Shown: in pieces, positions 29,114 through 38,238 of the stretch
How positions within the stretch are numbered: the first letter of the stretch is position 1
Layout of the letters: every line of letters starts with the position of its first letter
NCBI GenBank assembly: GCA_025800285.1
Contig: JAOXRX010000037.1
Coordinates: 144,150-208,149, forward strand
Reading direction: 5' to 3'
Source of the DNA: Alphaproteobacteria bacterium
GTDB lineage: Bacteria; Pseudomonadota; Alphaproteobacteria; JAOXRX01
Length of the DNA stretch: 64,000 nt
Position numbers and translations under genes: made by a program
Notes under the pieces: generated by a model
What the model was told of the DNA's origin: nothing
Database searches by the model: none
What the model saw: only the letters and a program-made list of their open reading frames with translations

Positions 29114-31357
29114 ATGACAAATCAAGTTGAAAAAAACTGGGAAGGCTTCATTCCTGGTGAGTGGAACGACTCTATAAACGTTAGAGACTTTATCCAAAAA
29201 AACTATACTCCTTATGAAGGAGACGATTCTTTCTTAGCTCCTGTTACAGAAAGAACAACTTCTATATGGGAAGAAGTTTTAACATTAATGAAAGCTGAAA
29301 TTGCTAAAGGTGGTGTTTTAGATTGTGATACATCTACTCCATCAGCTGTTAATGCATTTAAAGCTGGTTACATTAACAAAGACAAAGAGATTATCGTTGG
29401 TCTGCAAACAGATGCTCCTCTAAAAAGAGCTATCATGCCTTACGGTGGTTATAGAATGGTTCAAGCCTCTTGTGATGCTTATGGACTAGAAGAAGATAAA
29501 AACATCAGAGAAGTATTTACAAAATACAGAAAAACTCATAATGATGGTGTTTTCCAATCTTATACTCCTGCTATAAGAGAATGCAGAAGAAGTGGTATTA
29601 TTACAGGTCTGCCAGATGCTTATGGTAGAGGTAGAATTATCGGTGATTACAGAAGAATCGCTCTTTATGGTATCGATAGACTTATCGAAGATAAAATGGC
29701 TCAAAAAGCTGTTACAGATGGTAACCTATTAAATGCTGCTGATATTTTGGAAAGAGAAGAAATCTCAGAACAAATTATTGCTCTTGGTCAAATGAAAGAA
29801 ATGGCTGATGCTTATGGTATTGATATTTCAAAACCAGCTAAAGATACAAAAGAAGCTGTGCAATTCACATACTTCGGTTACTTAGCTGCTATTAAAGATC
29901 AAAACGGTGCTGCTATGTCTCTAGGTAGAGTTTCTACTTTCTTAGATGTTTATGCAGAAAGAGATATTAAAGCTGGAACTTATACAGAATCAGACATTCA
30001 AGAAATTATGGATGATTTCATCATTAAATTAAGAATGGTTAGATTCCTAAGAACTCCAGAGTATAATGCTCTATTTAGTGGAGACCCAGTTTGGATTACA
30101 GAAACAATCGGTGGTATGGGATTAGATGGTAGAACTCTTGTAACAAAGAACTCATTCCGTTTCCTACATACATTAACAAATATTGGTCCTGCTCCAGAGC
30201 CAAACCTAACAGTTTTCTGGTCAACTAAATTACCAAAAGGTTTCAAAGATTTCTGTGCAAGAATGTCTATTGAAACATCTTCAATCCAATACGAAAATGA
30301 TGATCTAATGATTAAAGATTTCGGAGACGATTATGGTATCGCATGTTGTGTTTCTCCAATGACTATTGGTAAACAAATGCAATTCTTCGGAGCTAGAGCT
30401 AACTTAGCTAAAGCTTTATTATATGCGATTAACGGTGGTGTTGATGAAAAATCATTCAAAAAAGTTGTTGATGGTTTCGAACCAATTACATCTGAATACT
30501 TAGATTATGATGAAGTTTGTGAAAAATTTGATAAAGTTATGGACTGGTTAACAAAAACTTATGTTAATGCTTTAAATATCATTCACTTTATGCATGATAA
30601 ATACTACTATGAAAAAGCTCAAATGGCTCTTATGGACAGAGAAGTTGAAAGAAATCTAGGTTGTGGTATTGCTGGTTTCTCAGTTGTTGTTGACTCTCTA
30701 TCAGCTATTAAAAATGCTAAAGTTAAAACAATCAGAAACGAAGACGGAGTTGTTGTTGATTTCGAAATCGAAGGTGATTATCCAAAATTCGGTAACAATG
30801 ATGATGCAGTTGATGATATCGCTGTAAGTGTTACAAAACAATTCATGGATAAAATTAGAAAAATCCCTGCTTACAGAGATGCAGTTCCTTCACAATCAAT
30901 CTTAACAATTACATCTAATGTTGTTTATGGTAAGAAAACAGGTAACACACCTGACGGAAGAAAAGCTGGTGAGCCATTTGCTCCAGGTGCTAACCCTCTA
31001 CATGGTAGAGATACACATGGTGCTCTAGCATCATTATGCTCTGTTGCTAAAGTTCCATTTGCTGATGCTAAAGATGGTATTTCAAATACTTTCTCAATCA
31101 TTCCTAACTCTTTAGGTAAAGATGAAGCAACTAAAATCGGAAACTTAACAGCTCTTCTAGACGGATATGTTTCTAAAAGCGGACAACACTTAAATGTTAA
31201 TGTTCTTAACTTAGAAACTCTTCAAGATGCTATGGAGCATCCTGAGAATTATCCTCAGTTAACAATTCGTGTTTCAGGTTATGCTGTGAACTTCATTAAG
31301 TTGACAAAAGAACAACAACTTGATGTTATCAGCAGAACTTTCCACGAAAAAATATAG
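29114..31357 (+). CDS. pflB: pyruvate formate-lyase (glycyl-radical enzyme)
   Basis: 747 aa. Active-site Cys pair in GIACCVSPM and glycyl-radical motif [11 protein letters not shown]. Confidence 0.95.
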   Translation: MTNQVEKNWEGFIPGEWNDSINVRDFIQKNYTPYEGDDSFLAPVTERTTSIWEEVLTLMKAEIAKGGVLDCDTSTPSAVNAFKAGYINKDKEIIVGLQTDAPLKRAIMPYGGYRMVQASCDAYGLEEDKNIREVFTKYRKTHNDGVFQSYTPAIRECRRSGIITGLPDAYGRGRIIGDYRRIALYGIDRLIEDKMAQKAVTDGNLLNAADILEREEISEQIIALGQMKEMADAYGIDISKPAKDTKEAVQFTYFGYLAAIKDQNGAAMSLGRVSTFLDVYAERDIKAGTYTESDIQEIMDDFIIKLRMVRFLRTPEYNALFSGDPVWITETIGGMGLDGRTLVTKNSFRFLHTLTNIGPAPEPNLTVFWSTKLPKGFKDFCARMSIETSSIQYENDDLMIKDFGDDYGIACCVSPMTIGKQMQFFGARANLAKALLYAINGGVDEKSFKKVVDGFEPITSEYLDYDEVCEKFDKVMDWLTKTYVNALNIIHFMHDKYYYEKAQMALMDREVERNLGCGIAGFSVVVDSLSAIKNAKVKTIRNEDGVVVDFEIEGDYPKFGNNDDAVDDIAVSVTKQFMDKIRKIPAYRDAVPSQSILTITSNVVYGKKTGNTPDGRKAGEPFAPGANPLHGRDTHGALASLCSVAKVPFADAKDGISNTFSIIPNSLGKDEATKIGNLTALLDGYVSKSGQHLNVNVLNLETLQDAMEHPENYPQLTIRVSGYAVNFIKLTKEQQLDVISRTFHEKI

Positions 31358-31364
31358 GAAAGCT

Positions 31365-32105
31365 ATGTTAACAGCGAATATTCATTCTATTGAGACAGCG
31401 GGTACTCTTGACGGAATTGGCATTAGATATGTCATTTTCATGCAAGGGTGCCCCCTTCGCTGTAAATTTTGTCATAATCCAGACACTTGGTTTGGTAAGA
31501 CGGATAAACAGAGAACAGTTGAAGAATTAGTTAATGATATATTAAAATATAAAGAATTTTTCACATTCTCAAATGGAGGTGTAACTCTTTCAGGAGGCGA
31601 GCCTTTATTGCAAAAGAAATTCGTTTTAGAGCTATTCAAAGAGCTTAAGAAAAACGGAATACATACCGCTTTAGATACATGCGGTTATATAGATATAGAT
31701 GATACTATATCAGAAATATTAGACTATACGGACTTATTATTGTTTGATATTAAAAATATTGATTCAAAAGATCATGAAGAATTAACCGGTAAACCTAATG
31801 ATAAGATATTAAAGTTCTTAGAGTTTGCTGATACAAAAACAAATTTAGAAATATGGATTAAGCTTGTTTTATTAACAGGAACAACTGCTGAAGTTGATTA
31901 TCTTGAAAAGGTAGCTGAACATATTAAAGACTTCAAACAGATTTCTACAGTAGAGTTATTGCCTTATCATAAAATGGGAGTTCATAAGTGGGAAGCTTTA
32001 GGTTATGAATATAAGCTAGATATTGATGAGCCAAGCAAAGAAGCAGTTAAAAAAGCTGTAGATGTTTTTAAGAAAACAAGATTTAAGGTTATCTGCGCTG
32101 AGTAG
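31365..32105 (+). CDS. pflA: pyruvate formate-lyase activating enzyme (radical SAM)
   Basis: CPLRCKFCHNPDTW (CxxxCxxC) and GGVTLSGGEP. Start placed at MLTANIHS, just after the pflB stop. Confidence 0.9.
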   Translation: MLTANIHSIETAGTLDGIGIRYVIFMQGCPLRCKFCHNPDTWFGKTDKQRTVEELVNDILKYKEFFTFSNGGVTLSGGEPLLQKKFVLELFKELKKNGIHTALDTCGYIDIDDTISEILDYTDLLLFDIKNIDSKDHEELTGKPNDKILKFLEFADTKTNLEIWIKLVLLTGTTAEVDYLEKVAEHIKDFKQISTVELLPYHKMGVHKWEALGYEYKLDIDEPSKEAVKKAVDVFKKTRFKVICAE

Positions 32106-32805
32106 AAGAACTAAGTTTTATAAATATTAAAGATAACTCAAATAGTATAACAATTACAGAAGCTAAAATCAGTTGAGATATTACATCTGGTGGAGTTAAA
32201 AATGCTCCTAATATAAAAGCAATGATTATAAAATATTTCCTAGCTTTTTTAAGAGTTTCAAAACTTACAATGCCAATCTTAACTAATAAAGAAAGAATAA
32301 CTGGAGTCTCAAAGCATAGCCCAAAAGCTATTATTAAGCTCATTATCAAAGATAAGTATTCACTTATTTTTGCAGTTAGCTCTATACTATCGCTTTGAAA
32401 GCTTAAAAAGAAGCTCCAAGCATTAGGGATTACTAAAAAGTAAACAAAAGCTCCTCCTAAGTAAAAAAGAATAGGAGTCATTATTATAAAGGGAAGTATT
32501 GCTTTTCTTTCATTTATATAAAGTCCTGGAGAGATGAATCTCCATAATTGTATTAAGCAAAATGGTATGGATAAAAATAAGCCTCCAAAATAAGCAACCT
32601 TTAAATAAGTAAAAAAACCTTCTGTAAGGTTTGTGTAAATCATTTTATTATTTTCTAGCGGAGAAGCTAGAAAGGCAAAAATTAAATCTGAAAAATAGTA
32701 AGATATACCGAATGATATTAAAAAGAATAAAAAACAGCTTATTAACTTATTTCTAAAATCAGAAAAGTGAGAGGTTATGTGATCTTTTTTATTCATCATC
32801 TTCAA
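32089..32805 (-). CDS. tatC: twin-arginine translocase subunit TatC
   Basis: 238 aa, six TM segments and a family-typical sequence (FLTPPDVISQ). Confidence 0.9.
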   Translation of the reverse strand: MKMMNKKDHITSHFSDFRNKLISCFLFFLISFGISYYFSDLIFAFLASPLENNKMIYTNLTEGFFTYLKVAYFGGLFLSIPFCLIQLWRFISPGLYINERKAILPFIIMTPILFYLGGAFVYFLVIPNAWSFFLSFQSDSIELTAKISEYLSLIMSLIIAFGLCFETPVILSLLVKIGIVSFETLKKARKYFIIIAFILGAFLTPPDVISQLILASVIVILFELSLIFIKLSSSTQRR

Positions 32806-32992
32806 CCTCTTGATTTATTATTGCATTATCAATGAAGTCGTTTAGGTGATGGTTTATGCCTCTTGAGAATATTCTGATTTTGGCTAATACTTTTCCTAAA
32901 TTCTTCATGACAATAGGAACATCTTTAGGAGCAATAATTAATATTGCTACAAAAACAATTATTATTAATTCATTTGCTCCTAGAGAAAACAT
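32789..32992 (-). CDS. tatB: TatA/B-family protein, probably TatB
   Basis: 67 aa with an N-terminal TM plus amphipathic helix (MFSLGANELIIIVFVAILIIAPKDVP). It lies between tatA and tatC. Confidence 0.65.
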   Translation of the reverse strand: MFSLGANELIIIVFVAILIIAPKDVPIVMKNLGKVLAKIRIFSRGINHHLNDFIDNAIINQEVEDDE

Positions 32993-33225
32993 TATTTAGT
33001 TTTTTTCTTTGCTGCTGTTTTTTTAGCAGGAGCTTTTTTTGCAGTATTTTTCTTTTTAGCAGGAGCTTTCTTTTCTTCTACGATTGGCTCTTCGCTTGCT
33101 AAGCCTTTGTTGAATGCTTTTATACCTTTTGCAATGTTCTCCATAATTGTTGGGAACTTGCCTGTTCCAAAAACGATAATTACTATTAATGCGATTATTA
33201 TAATTTGTGGTAGAGATATACTCAT
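32992..33225 (-). CDS. tatA: twin-arginine translocase subunit TatA with a Lys/Ala-rich tail
   Basis: IIIIALIVIIVFGTGKFP followed by an amphipathic helix. The C-terminus is KKAPAKKKNTAKKAPAKKTAAKKKTK. Confidence 0.8.
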   Translation of the reverse strand: MSISLPQIIIIALIVIIVFGTGKFPTIMENIAKGIKAFNKGLASEEPIVEEKKAPAKKKNTAKKAPAKKTAAKKKTK

Positions 33226-33295
33226 GAACTTACCTTTCTTTTTTGTTAGTCTTTTTTATATTAAAATTTTTACTATTATATGTCAATATCTATGT

Positions 33296-33946
33296 TTATT
33301 TACACATATTTCCAAGTTTTGTGTATTCTTCAACAGTATCTATTTTCCCCTGCTCTATGGTTCTTTCTTTAACCATTCTCTCTATTAAGGGAGCTAGGTC
33401 GTCCTCAACTTTTTTGAGCAAATTAACTTTTGCATTAGAGTTTACTAAGCCGCTTGTAATTGGATATAGAGCTTGTTTTCTTAAGTTGTTTTTAATTTTA
33501 TCTCTGTATTTCTTTAATATAGCTATATCAATCTTAACATGTTGTCTTTCGTGAGTTATAACAGTGTTGTACTTGCAACTGCCTCTTTTATACTCTTTCG
33601 CTACAAATATGGTAGGAGAGAAAACCCAATTAAAATTTATAGTATCAATCCAATAACATGCCTTGCCAACATCTGGATATGTTAACCCTTTTAATTTTGC
33701 ACTTATTTTATAATTAGGAAATTTGCTTGACATAATTCCTTCATTTATCCACCCTGCCCATTGAGCTGATTTAGTTAAGTTCGCGGCTGTTAACTGTTTG
33801 GTAGTTTTTGAAAAATTGAATTTTGTCGGTGTTTTTCTCATAGAAAAATTTATTTTGGGCTTCGGAGCTTCGGGACAAGTAAAAGCAAAAGATTTGTGTT
33901 GCCTTAAGGCTAATATCATTAACATGTAGAATATAGTTTTTTTCAT
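33296..33946 (-). CDS. secreted putative Zn-metallopeptidase (DUF922-like)
   Basis: Signal peptide (MKKTIFYMLMILALRQHKSFA) and an HExxH motif (THERQHV). The family assignment is from memory only. Confidence 0.4.
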   Translation of the reverse strand: MKKTIFYMLMILALRQHKSFAFTCPEAPKPKINFSMRKTPTKFNFSKTTKQLTAANLTKSAQWAGWINEGIMSSKFPNYKISAKLKGLTYPDVGKACYWIDTINFNWVFSPTIFVAKEYKRGSCKYNTVITHERQHVKIDIAILKKYRDKIKNNLRKQALYPITSGLVNSNAKVNLLKKVEDDLAPLIERMVKERTIEQGKIDTVEEYTKLGNMCK

Positions 33947-34111
33947 TTTCCGCTTCTTTCTGGTTATTTGTGATTTTATTATACATAAAAAAATGATTTA
34001 TACAAGAAGCTTATTACAAAAATAAAATATTGAAAAAAATAAAAAAACACTTTACATCTATGTTGATATATGCTTTATTTAAGGTAGCTATAATTTTAAC
34101 AAGGGCATAAT

Positions 34112-34582
34112 ATGAAGAAAATCAGTATAAAAATAATGTTGTTTTCATTATTGTTTGTGACAAGCTTGGCTCAAGCTGAATCACATAATCCTTTCACCAT
34201 GAAAGGAGCTGGAGAGTTTACAAAAGCTGATAGAGAAAAACTAGAAAAAGAAATTCAGGGTCAAGTAGATATGAGAATTTCTGTGCTAGAAGAAAGAATA
34301 AGAGTTGAGATAGACCAAATTAGAAGAGAAAATGCTGAAAAGAACAGTGTTAGAAGAAATCAATCAAATAGACTTCCTTTTGATGGAGATAATAATTCTA
34401 ATTTAGACAGTTTTGAAACTGCTAAACCTAAAGTAAATAAATTCAAAGATGCTATGTTTATCGGTTGTATAGATAAGAAAGCTCTTTATAAGAACAAAAA
34501 AACAAACGAACAATTTTTTATACCAGTAGAAGAGGCGAAAGAAAATGAAGAATTTAATAAAATGGGTGGCTGTGGCTTTTAA
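34112..34582 (+). CDS. small periplasmic coiled-coil protein, possible secretin accessory protein
   Basis: Signal peptide MKKISIKIMLFSLLFVTSLAQA. Its 3' end overlaps the secretin start by 38 nt. No family recognised. Confidence 0.4.
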   Translation: MKKISIKIMLFSLLFVTSLAQAESHNPFTMKGAGEFTKADREKLEKEIQGQVDMRISVLEERIRVEIDQIRRENAEKNSVRRNQSNRLPFDGDNNSNLDSFETAKPKVNKFKDAMFIGCIDKKALYKNKKTNEQFFIPVEEAKENEEFNKMGGCGF

Positions 34583-36587
34583 TGCTTTCTTGTTGATTGC
34601 ATGTTCCCCTCCATTACCAGATACAAATTTAGACGATATGAATGGCTTCGAACAGAAGCAGCACTTTAAATGGGCAGAAAGAAAACCTCTTCGTAAAGTT
34701 AAACTTGCGGGAGATTTCTTTATATCTAAACAGTTAGATTCAAATCTACCTAAAAGCAAAGCAAAACAACCTATATCAATTAAGTTTTCAGGGAGAATTG
34801 GTACAGTAGGTGATATTGTTTTCATGCTTGAACAAAAAGGCTTTCCTGTTTCTTATAACTGGACCGTATATGATGAAGGTGCAAGTAGCCTAGGAGGAAG
34901 TAGTAGTGATATCTCTGACTCTGACTCTGATAGCGATATAGATTTTGAAGAAGATTTTTCATCAAGTGCTTCGTCAAATGGTAATGCTCTAAGTGCTATA
35001 ACTCAGCTGGAAAAAAGAGTTGTTCCTTTTAAAACATATAAAGGTACAATTGGCGGACTTTTAAAAAGACTTAGAAGTGCAATGAATATTTCTTATTGGT
35101 ATGAAGATGGAACTATTTTCTTATCTACAAAACAAGAGTATGTTGTTTCTGTTCCTCAACAAAAAGATATTATAGATTCAATTTCAAGTGAGATTACAGC
35201 TTTAGGTGCTACAGATGTTTCAACTTCTTTGACAGCTGGTCAAATAGTTTATTATGCAAAACCAAGATCTCAACAAAACTTGATAAAACCATTTTTGCAA
35301 AGAATTTCACATAACTTAAGTGAGATTACATTGCAGGTTGCTCTAGTGCAGGTTGAGGTTAAAGGCAATAAATCTACAGGTTTTGATTGGGATGCATTTA
35401 AACTTGAATTGAAAGACCCTACTGATAGCTCTAAAAATAGTAATGCTGTAACAATTCAACCATATAATGGAGATTCTGATAATCCGACAGGAAATATCTC
35501 TGGTAAGTTCTTTAGAAAAGGTATCTCAATATTCGGAACTGAAACAGATGTGTCAGTTGATATGGCTATTAATATTCTATCTACTTTAGGTAGAACAACT
35601 ACAGAACAAAATGTTGAAATGAGAACAATTTCTGGTAAAGAAGTAAAACTGGAATCTGTTAAAGAAGAGGCTTATGTTTCTGGATATGATGGTGGTAGCT
35701 ATGGCGATAATCCTGAACCTCCTTCTCCAAAATTTGATACTGTTGAAACAGGTCTTACTTTAACATTCTTGCCGGTTTTTGATGCTTATAATGCAATCGT
35801 AACTATTGATGCTAACTTTGAGCTAAGTAATAGATTGGCTGATACAACTGTTAATGCTGGGGGAGACTTTAAAGAGATAACAGTTAAACCAAATATTAAA
35901 AAAGACAATCTTCAAGATGTTGTTAGAATACCAGTTGGTGAAACAGTTATTTTAGGTGGTTTGATGAGTGAGATTAGTAATGATAATAGAACAACTCCAA
36001 TGGGAGCTTGGTCTTTAAATAGTGCTAAGATTAGCTCTAATAAGCAAGCTTTGTTCTTAATTATAAGACCTTTAGTTACTCTTTATGAAACAGAAGGAAA
36101 TGAAATGAGCTTAGATGAAGAAAAGGTAGTTAAAAATGTAAAGTATAATTACAATAAAGCTCAAGAAAAGAAAAAAGAAGATGAGAAAAAAGCTCTTGAA
36201 GAAGCTGAAAAAAAGAAAGCTCAAGAAATAAAGCAAGCTAAAGAAAAGGTTAATAGAAAAGCTTTAGAACTAGAGCAAAAAAGAAGAGAAAAAGAAAAGC
36301 AAAAAGCTGAAATGGAAAAAAAGCTTGAGCAAATAAAAAAAGAGATGGAAAAGAAACATCAAGCTATGTTAGAAAAAACATCTCAAGAAAACTCTAGGCT
36401 AAAAGCTGAATTGGAAGAGCAAAAAAAGGTTAGAGCTGTTTTAGAAGCTGAAGAAGAGTGGAAAAAAGAAGAGGTTGTAGAAGATGTTTCAGAAGAGATC
36501 TCTGAAGAAGAAATTAAAATACCACTAAGCGAAGAAGAGCTTAAAAAGATTAAAATGCTTAACATGCTAAGAGGAATTAAGAACTAG
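34545..36587 (+). CDS. lipoprotein secretin (T2SS / type IV pilus secretin family) with a C-terminal Lys/Glu coiled-coil extension
   Basis: Lipobox LLIAC. Secretin-domain hallmarks: ITLQVALVQVEV..GFDW at its start, and VRIPVGETVILGGLMSE...ALFLIIRPLV at its end. An N-terminal Ser/Asp linker and about 155 aa of K/E-rich sequence follow the secretin core. Confidence 0.7.
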   Translation: MKNLIKWVAVAFNAFLLIACSPPLPDTNLDDMNGFEQKQHFKWAERKPLRKVKLAGDFFISKQLDSNLPKSKAKQPISIKFSGRIGTVGDIVFMLEQKGFPVSYNWTVYDEGASSLGGSSSDISDSDSDSDIDFEEDFSSSASSNGNALSAITQLEKRVVPFKTYKGTIGGLLKRLRSAMNISYWYEDGTIFLSTKQEYVVSVPQQKDIIDSISSEITALGATDVSTSLTAGQIVYYAKPRSQQNLIKPFLQRISHNLSEITLQVALVQVEVKGNKSTGFDWDAFKLELKDPTDSSKNSNAVTIQPYNGDSDNPTGNISGKFFRKGISIFGTETDVSVDMAINILSTLGRTTTEQNVEMRTISGKEVKLESVKEEAYVSGYDGGSYGDNPEPPSPKFDTVETGLTLTFLPVFDAYNAIVTIDANFELSNRLADTTVNAGGDFKEITVKPNIKKDNLQDVVRIPVGETVILGGLMSEISNDNRTTPMGAWSLNSAKISSNKQALFLIIRPLVTLYETEGNEMSLDEEKVVKNVKYNYNKAQEKKKEDEKKALEEAEKKKAQEIKQAKEKVNRKALELEQKRREKEKQKAEMEKKLEQIKKEMEKKHQAMLEKTSQENSRLKAELEEQKKVRAVLEAEEEWKKEEVVEDVSEEISEEEIKIPLSEEELKKIKMLNMLRGIKN

Positions 36588-36595
36588 GAGATATT

Positions 36596-37909
36596 ATGGC
36601 TGATATAAAAGATGATTTCATAATAAGTGATAATAGTGATATCTCTGATGAAGTGGATATGGGAGAAGAACTTATATCTGGAGACTTTAACTCTATAGAA
36701 GATATTGATGTTTTAGAAGAAAAAACACAAGGTATTGTTGGAGGTAAAGATTTAGTAGATGGTGAAAAAGATGATTTTCTTTTAAATAAGGGTCATAAAA
36801 ATCGTAAAAAGACAAAAAATGTTGATATCGAAAAAGTTAACAGAAGAAGTAAGAATAATATAACATCTGCAAGAACTGTAGTTATTGACTTTTTGGATGG
36901 AACTAGTAAGAAAAGTGAAGCTATTGCTTATGCTAGAGGTTTTATTGATAACCATTATCCTGTTCCTGCTGATTGCTATATGTATGCAATAGCAAATGAA
37001 GGTGGTTATGCAGTAGAAATTCATGATGGTGGAGATGGTAAAGCTTATTTGCCAGAAATAATAAAGACTTTACAAGAAGACCCAACAGCTTGTATTTGTA
37101 TAAGAAACAAAAGAAGAGTTCTTGAAATAAAGAAAAGTGATAAAGAAGGGTTTTCTTCAATATTATTACCAGAAGGTATTGATTCTGTCGAAACAAATAT
37201 AGTGAATATTTGCCCTTCAAATACAAATATGACACCGTATAGTTTTAAGGCATTACCTTTTGCTTTGGTTGGAATGGTTTTTGGTGCTTTAGGATTCTCA
37301 TTCTTAATTATTTCTTTGATTGTAGGTGTTTTAGCTAGAACTGCTCCTGTTAAAACCCTTCCTGTTACAAAGGTTAATAACTTACCTATACAGCAATGGG
37401 ATGAATTAATGAATAATTATTCTGATGAAAAGTATGTTGGTAAATTATCTTATGTTTCTGATAAATGGAATGTTGAAAATAAGATTTCTCCATTGTTTGT
37501 GCCTAAAAAGGCAGAAGAAGATAGTGCTGTAGAGGAAGTATCTATTAATAAAGAAATAGAAGCTGAGTATATCTTATCAGATGGAGATAAAGCAAAAATA
37601 GATATTAAGATACAAGAGGAAATTATAGAGATTGAAGATGAATCTCTATCAAAAAATGAATTTGAAGCTGATTTTCCTCAAGCAGAGGTAAAAGAAGATA
37701 TTATAGAAAATTCTTCAATACAAGACTCTAAAGAAATAGAGAAGGTAAATAAAACTCTTATAGATGAAGAAGAGGTTGATTTATTGACACCTCCTGCTCA
37801 TCCTGAAGATCTTTCAGAGATTAAAGATATAGAACTAATAGAAGATACTTTATCAGAGGAAATGCCTCCGATAGAGGAATATGATTTAACATATCCTACA
37901 GAAATGTAA
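36596..37909 (+). CDS. acidic bitopic membrane protein, function unknown
   Basis: 437 aa with a single central TM (ALPFALVGMVFGALGFSFLIISLIVGVLA) and Asp/Glu-rich termini. It starts 8 nt after the secretin stop. Confidence 0.4.
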   Translation: MADIKDDFIISDNSDISDEVDMGEELISGDFNSIEDIDVLEEKTQGIVGGKDLVDGEKDDFLLNKGHKNRKKTKNVDIEKVNRRSKNNITSARTVVIDFLDGTSKKSEAIAYARGFIDNHYPVPADCYMYAIANEGGYAVEIHDGGDGKAYLPEIIKTLQEDPTACICIRNKRRVLEIKKSDKEGFSSILLPEGIDSVETNIVNICPSNTNMTPYSFKALPFALVGMVFGALGFSFLIISLIVGVLARTAPVKTLPVTKVNNLPIQQWDELMNNYSDEKYVGKLSYVSDKWNVENKISPLFVPKKAEEDSAVEEVSINKEIEAEYILSDGDKAKIDIKIQEEIIEIEDESLSKNEFEADFPQAEVKEDIIENSSIQDSKEIEKVNKTLIDEEEVDLLTPPAHPEDLSEIKDIELIEDTLSEEMPPIEEYDLTYPTEM

Positions 37910-37933
37910 AATAGCTTTGTTAAGGAGGAAGTT

Positions 37934-38161
37934 ATGGAAGATAAAATTAGAGAGCTAGCTTATCAAATTTGGGAAGAAGAAGGTTGTCCTCACGGTAGAG
38001 AGATTGAGCATTGGAATATGGCTCAACAAAGATTGCTAGAAGCAGAATCTAAAACTGTAAAAGCAAAAAAAGCTCCAGCAAAAAAGAAAGTAGCGCCAAA
38101 AAAGGTATCTATAAAAAAGAAAGTGGCGCCAAAGAAAAAAGCTGCAATAAAGAAGAAATAG
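37934..38161 (+). CDS. DUF2934-family protein with a Lys/Ala/Pro-rich tail
   Basis: N-terminus IRELAYQIWEEEGCPHGREIEHWNMAQQRL matches the DUF2934 consensus. The tail is KAKKAPAKKKVAPKKVSIKKKVAPKKKAAIKKK. Confidence 0.65.
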   Translation: MEDKIRELAYQIWEEEGCPHGREIEHWNMAQQRLLEAESKTVKAKKAPAKKKVAPKKVSIKKKVAPKKKAAIKKK

Positions 38162-38238
38162 TTTTATTTAAACTATCAGCATAGCTTTTTAATAGAAATA
38201 ACATATTTCTATATTACTTTGTTAACTAAGGATTTAAT

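Noticed and set aside
32089-32105. Convergent gene overlaps (pflA/tatC 17 nt; also gpsA and the EF-hand protein gene, 4 nt, at 59237-59240)
   Set aside because: These fit the general compaction of this genome, where many genes abut or overlap. They are not treated as a regulatory feature in their own right.
33107-33554. Two plus-strand ORFs (93 and 103 aa) across the tatA / DUF922-like region
   Set aside because: They are antisense to tatA and to the HExxH protein gene, with Phe/Ile/Leu-rich nonsense composition.
34403-34825. 140-aa minus-strand ORF across the junction of the periplasmic protein and secretin genes
   Set aside because: It is antisense to two plus-strand genes that have signal sequences and good coding character.
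36782-37235. Two minus-strand ORFs (80 and 97 aa) inside the 437-aa bitopic protein gene
   Set aside because: They are shadow frames with no start context and repetitive Leu/His/Tyr composition.
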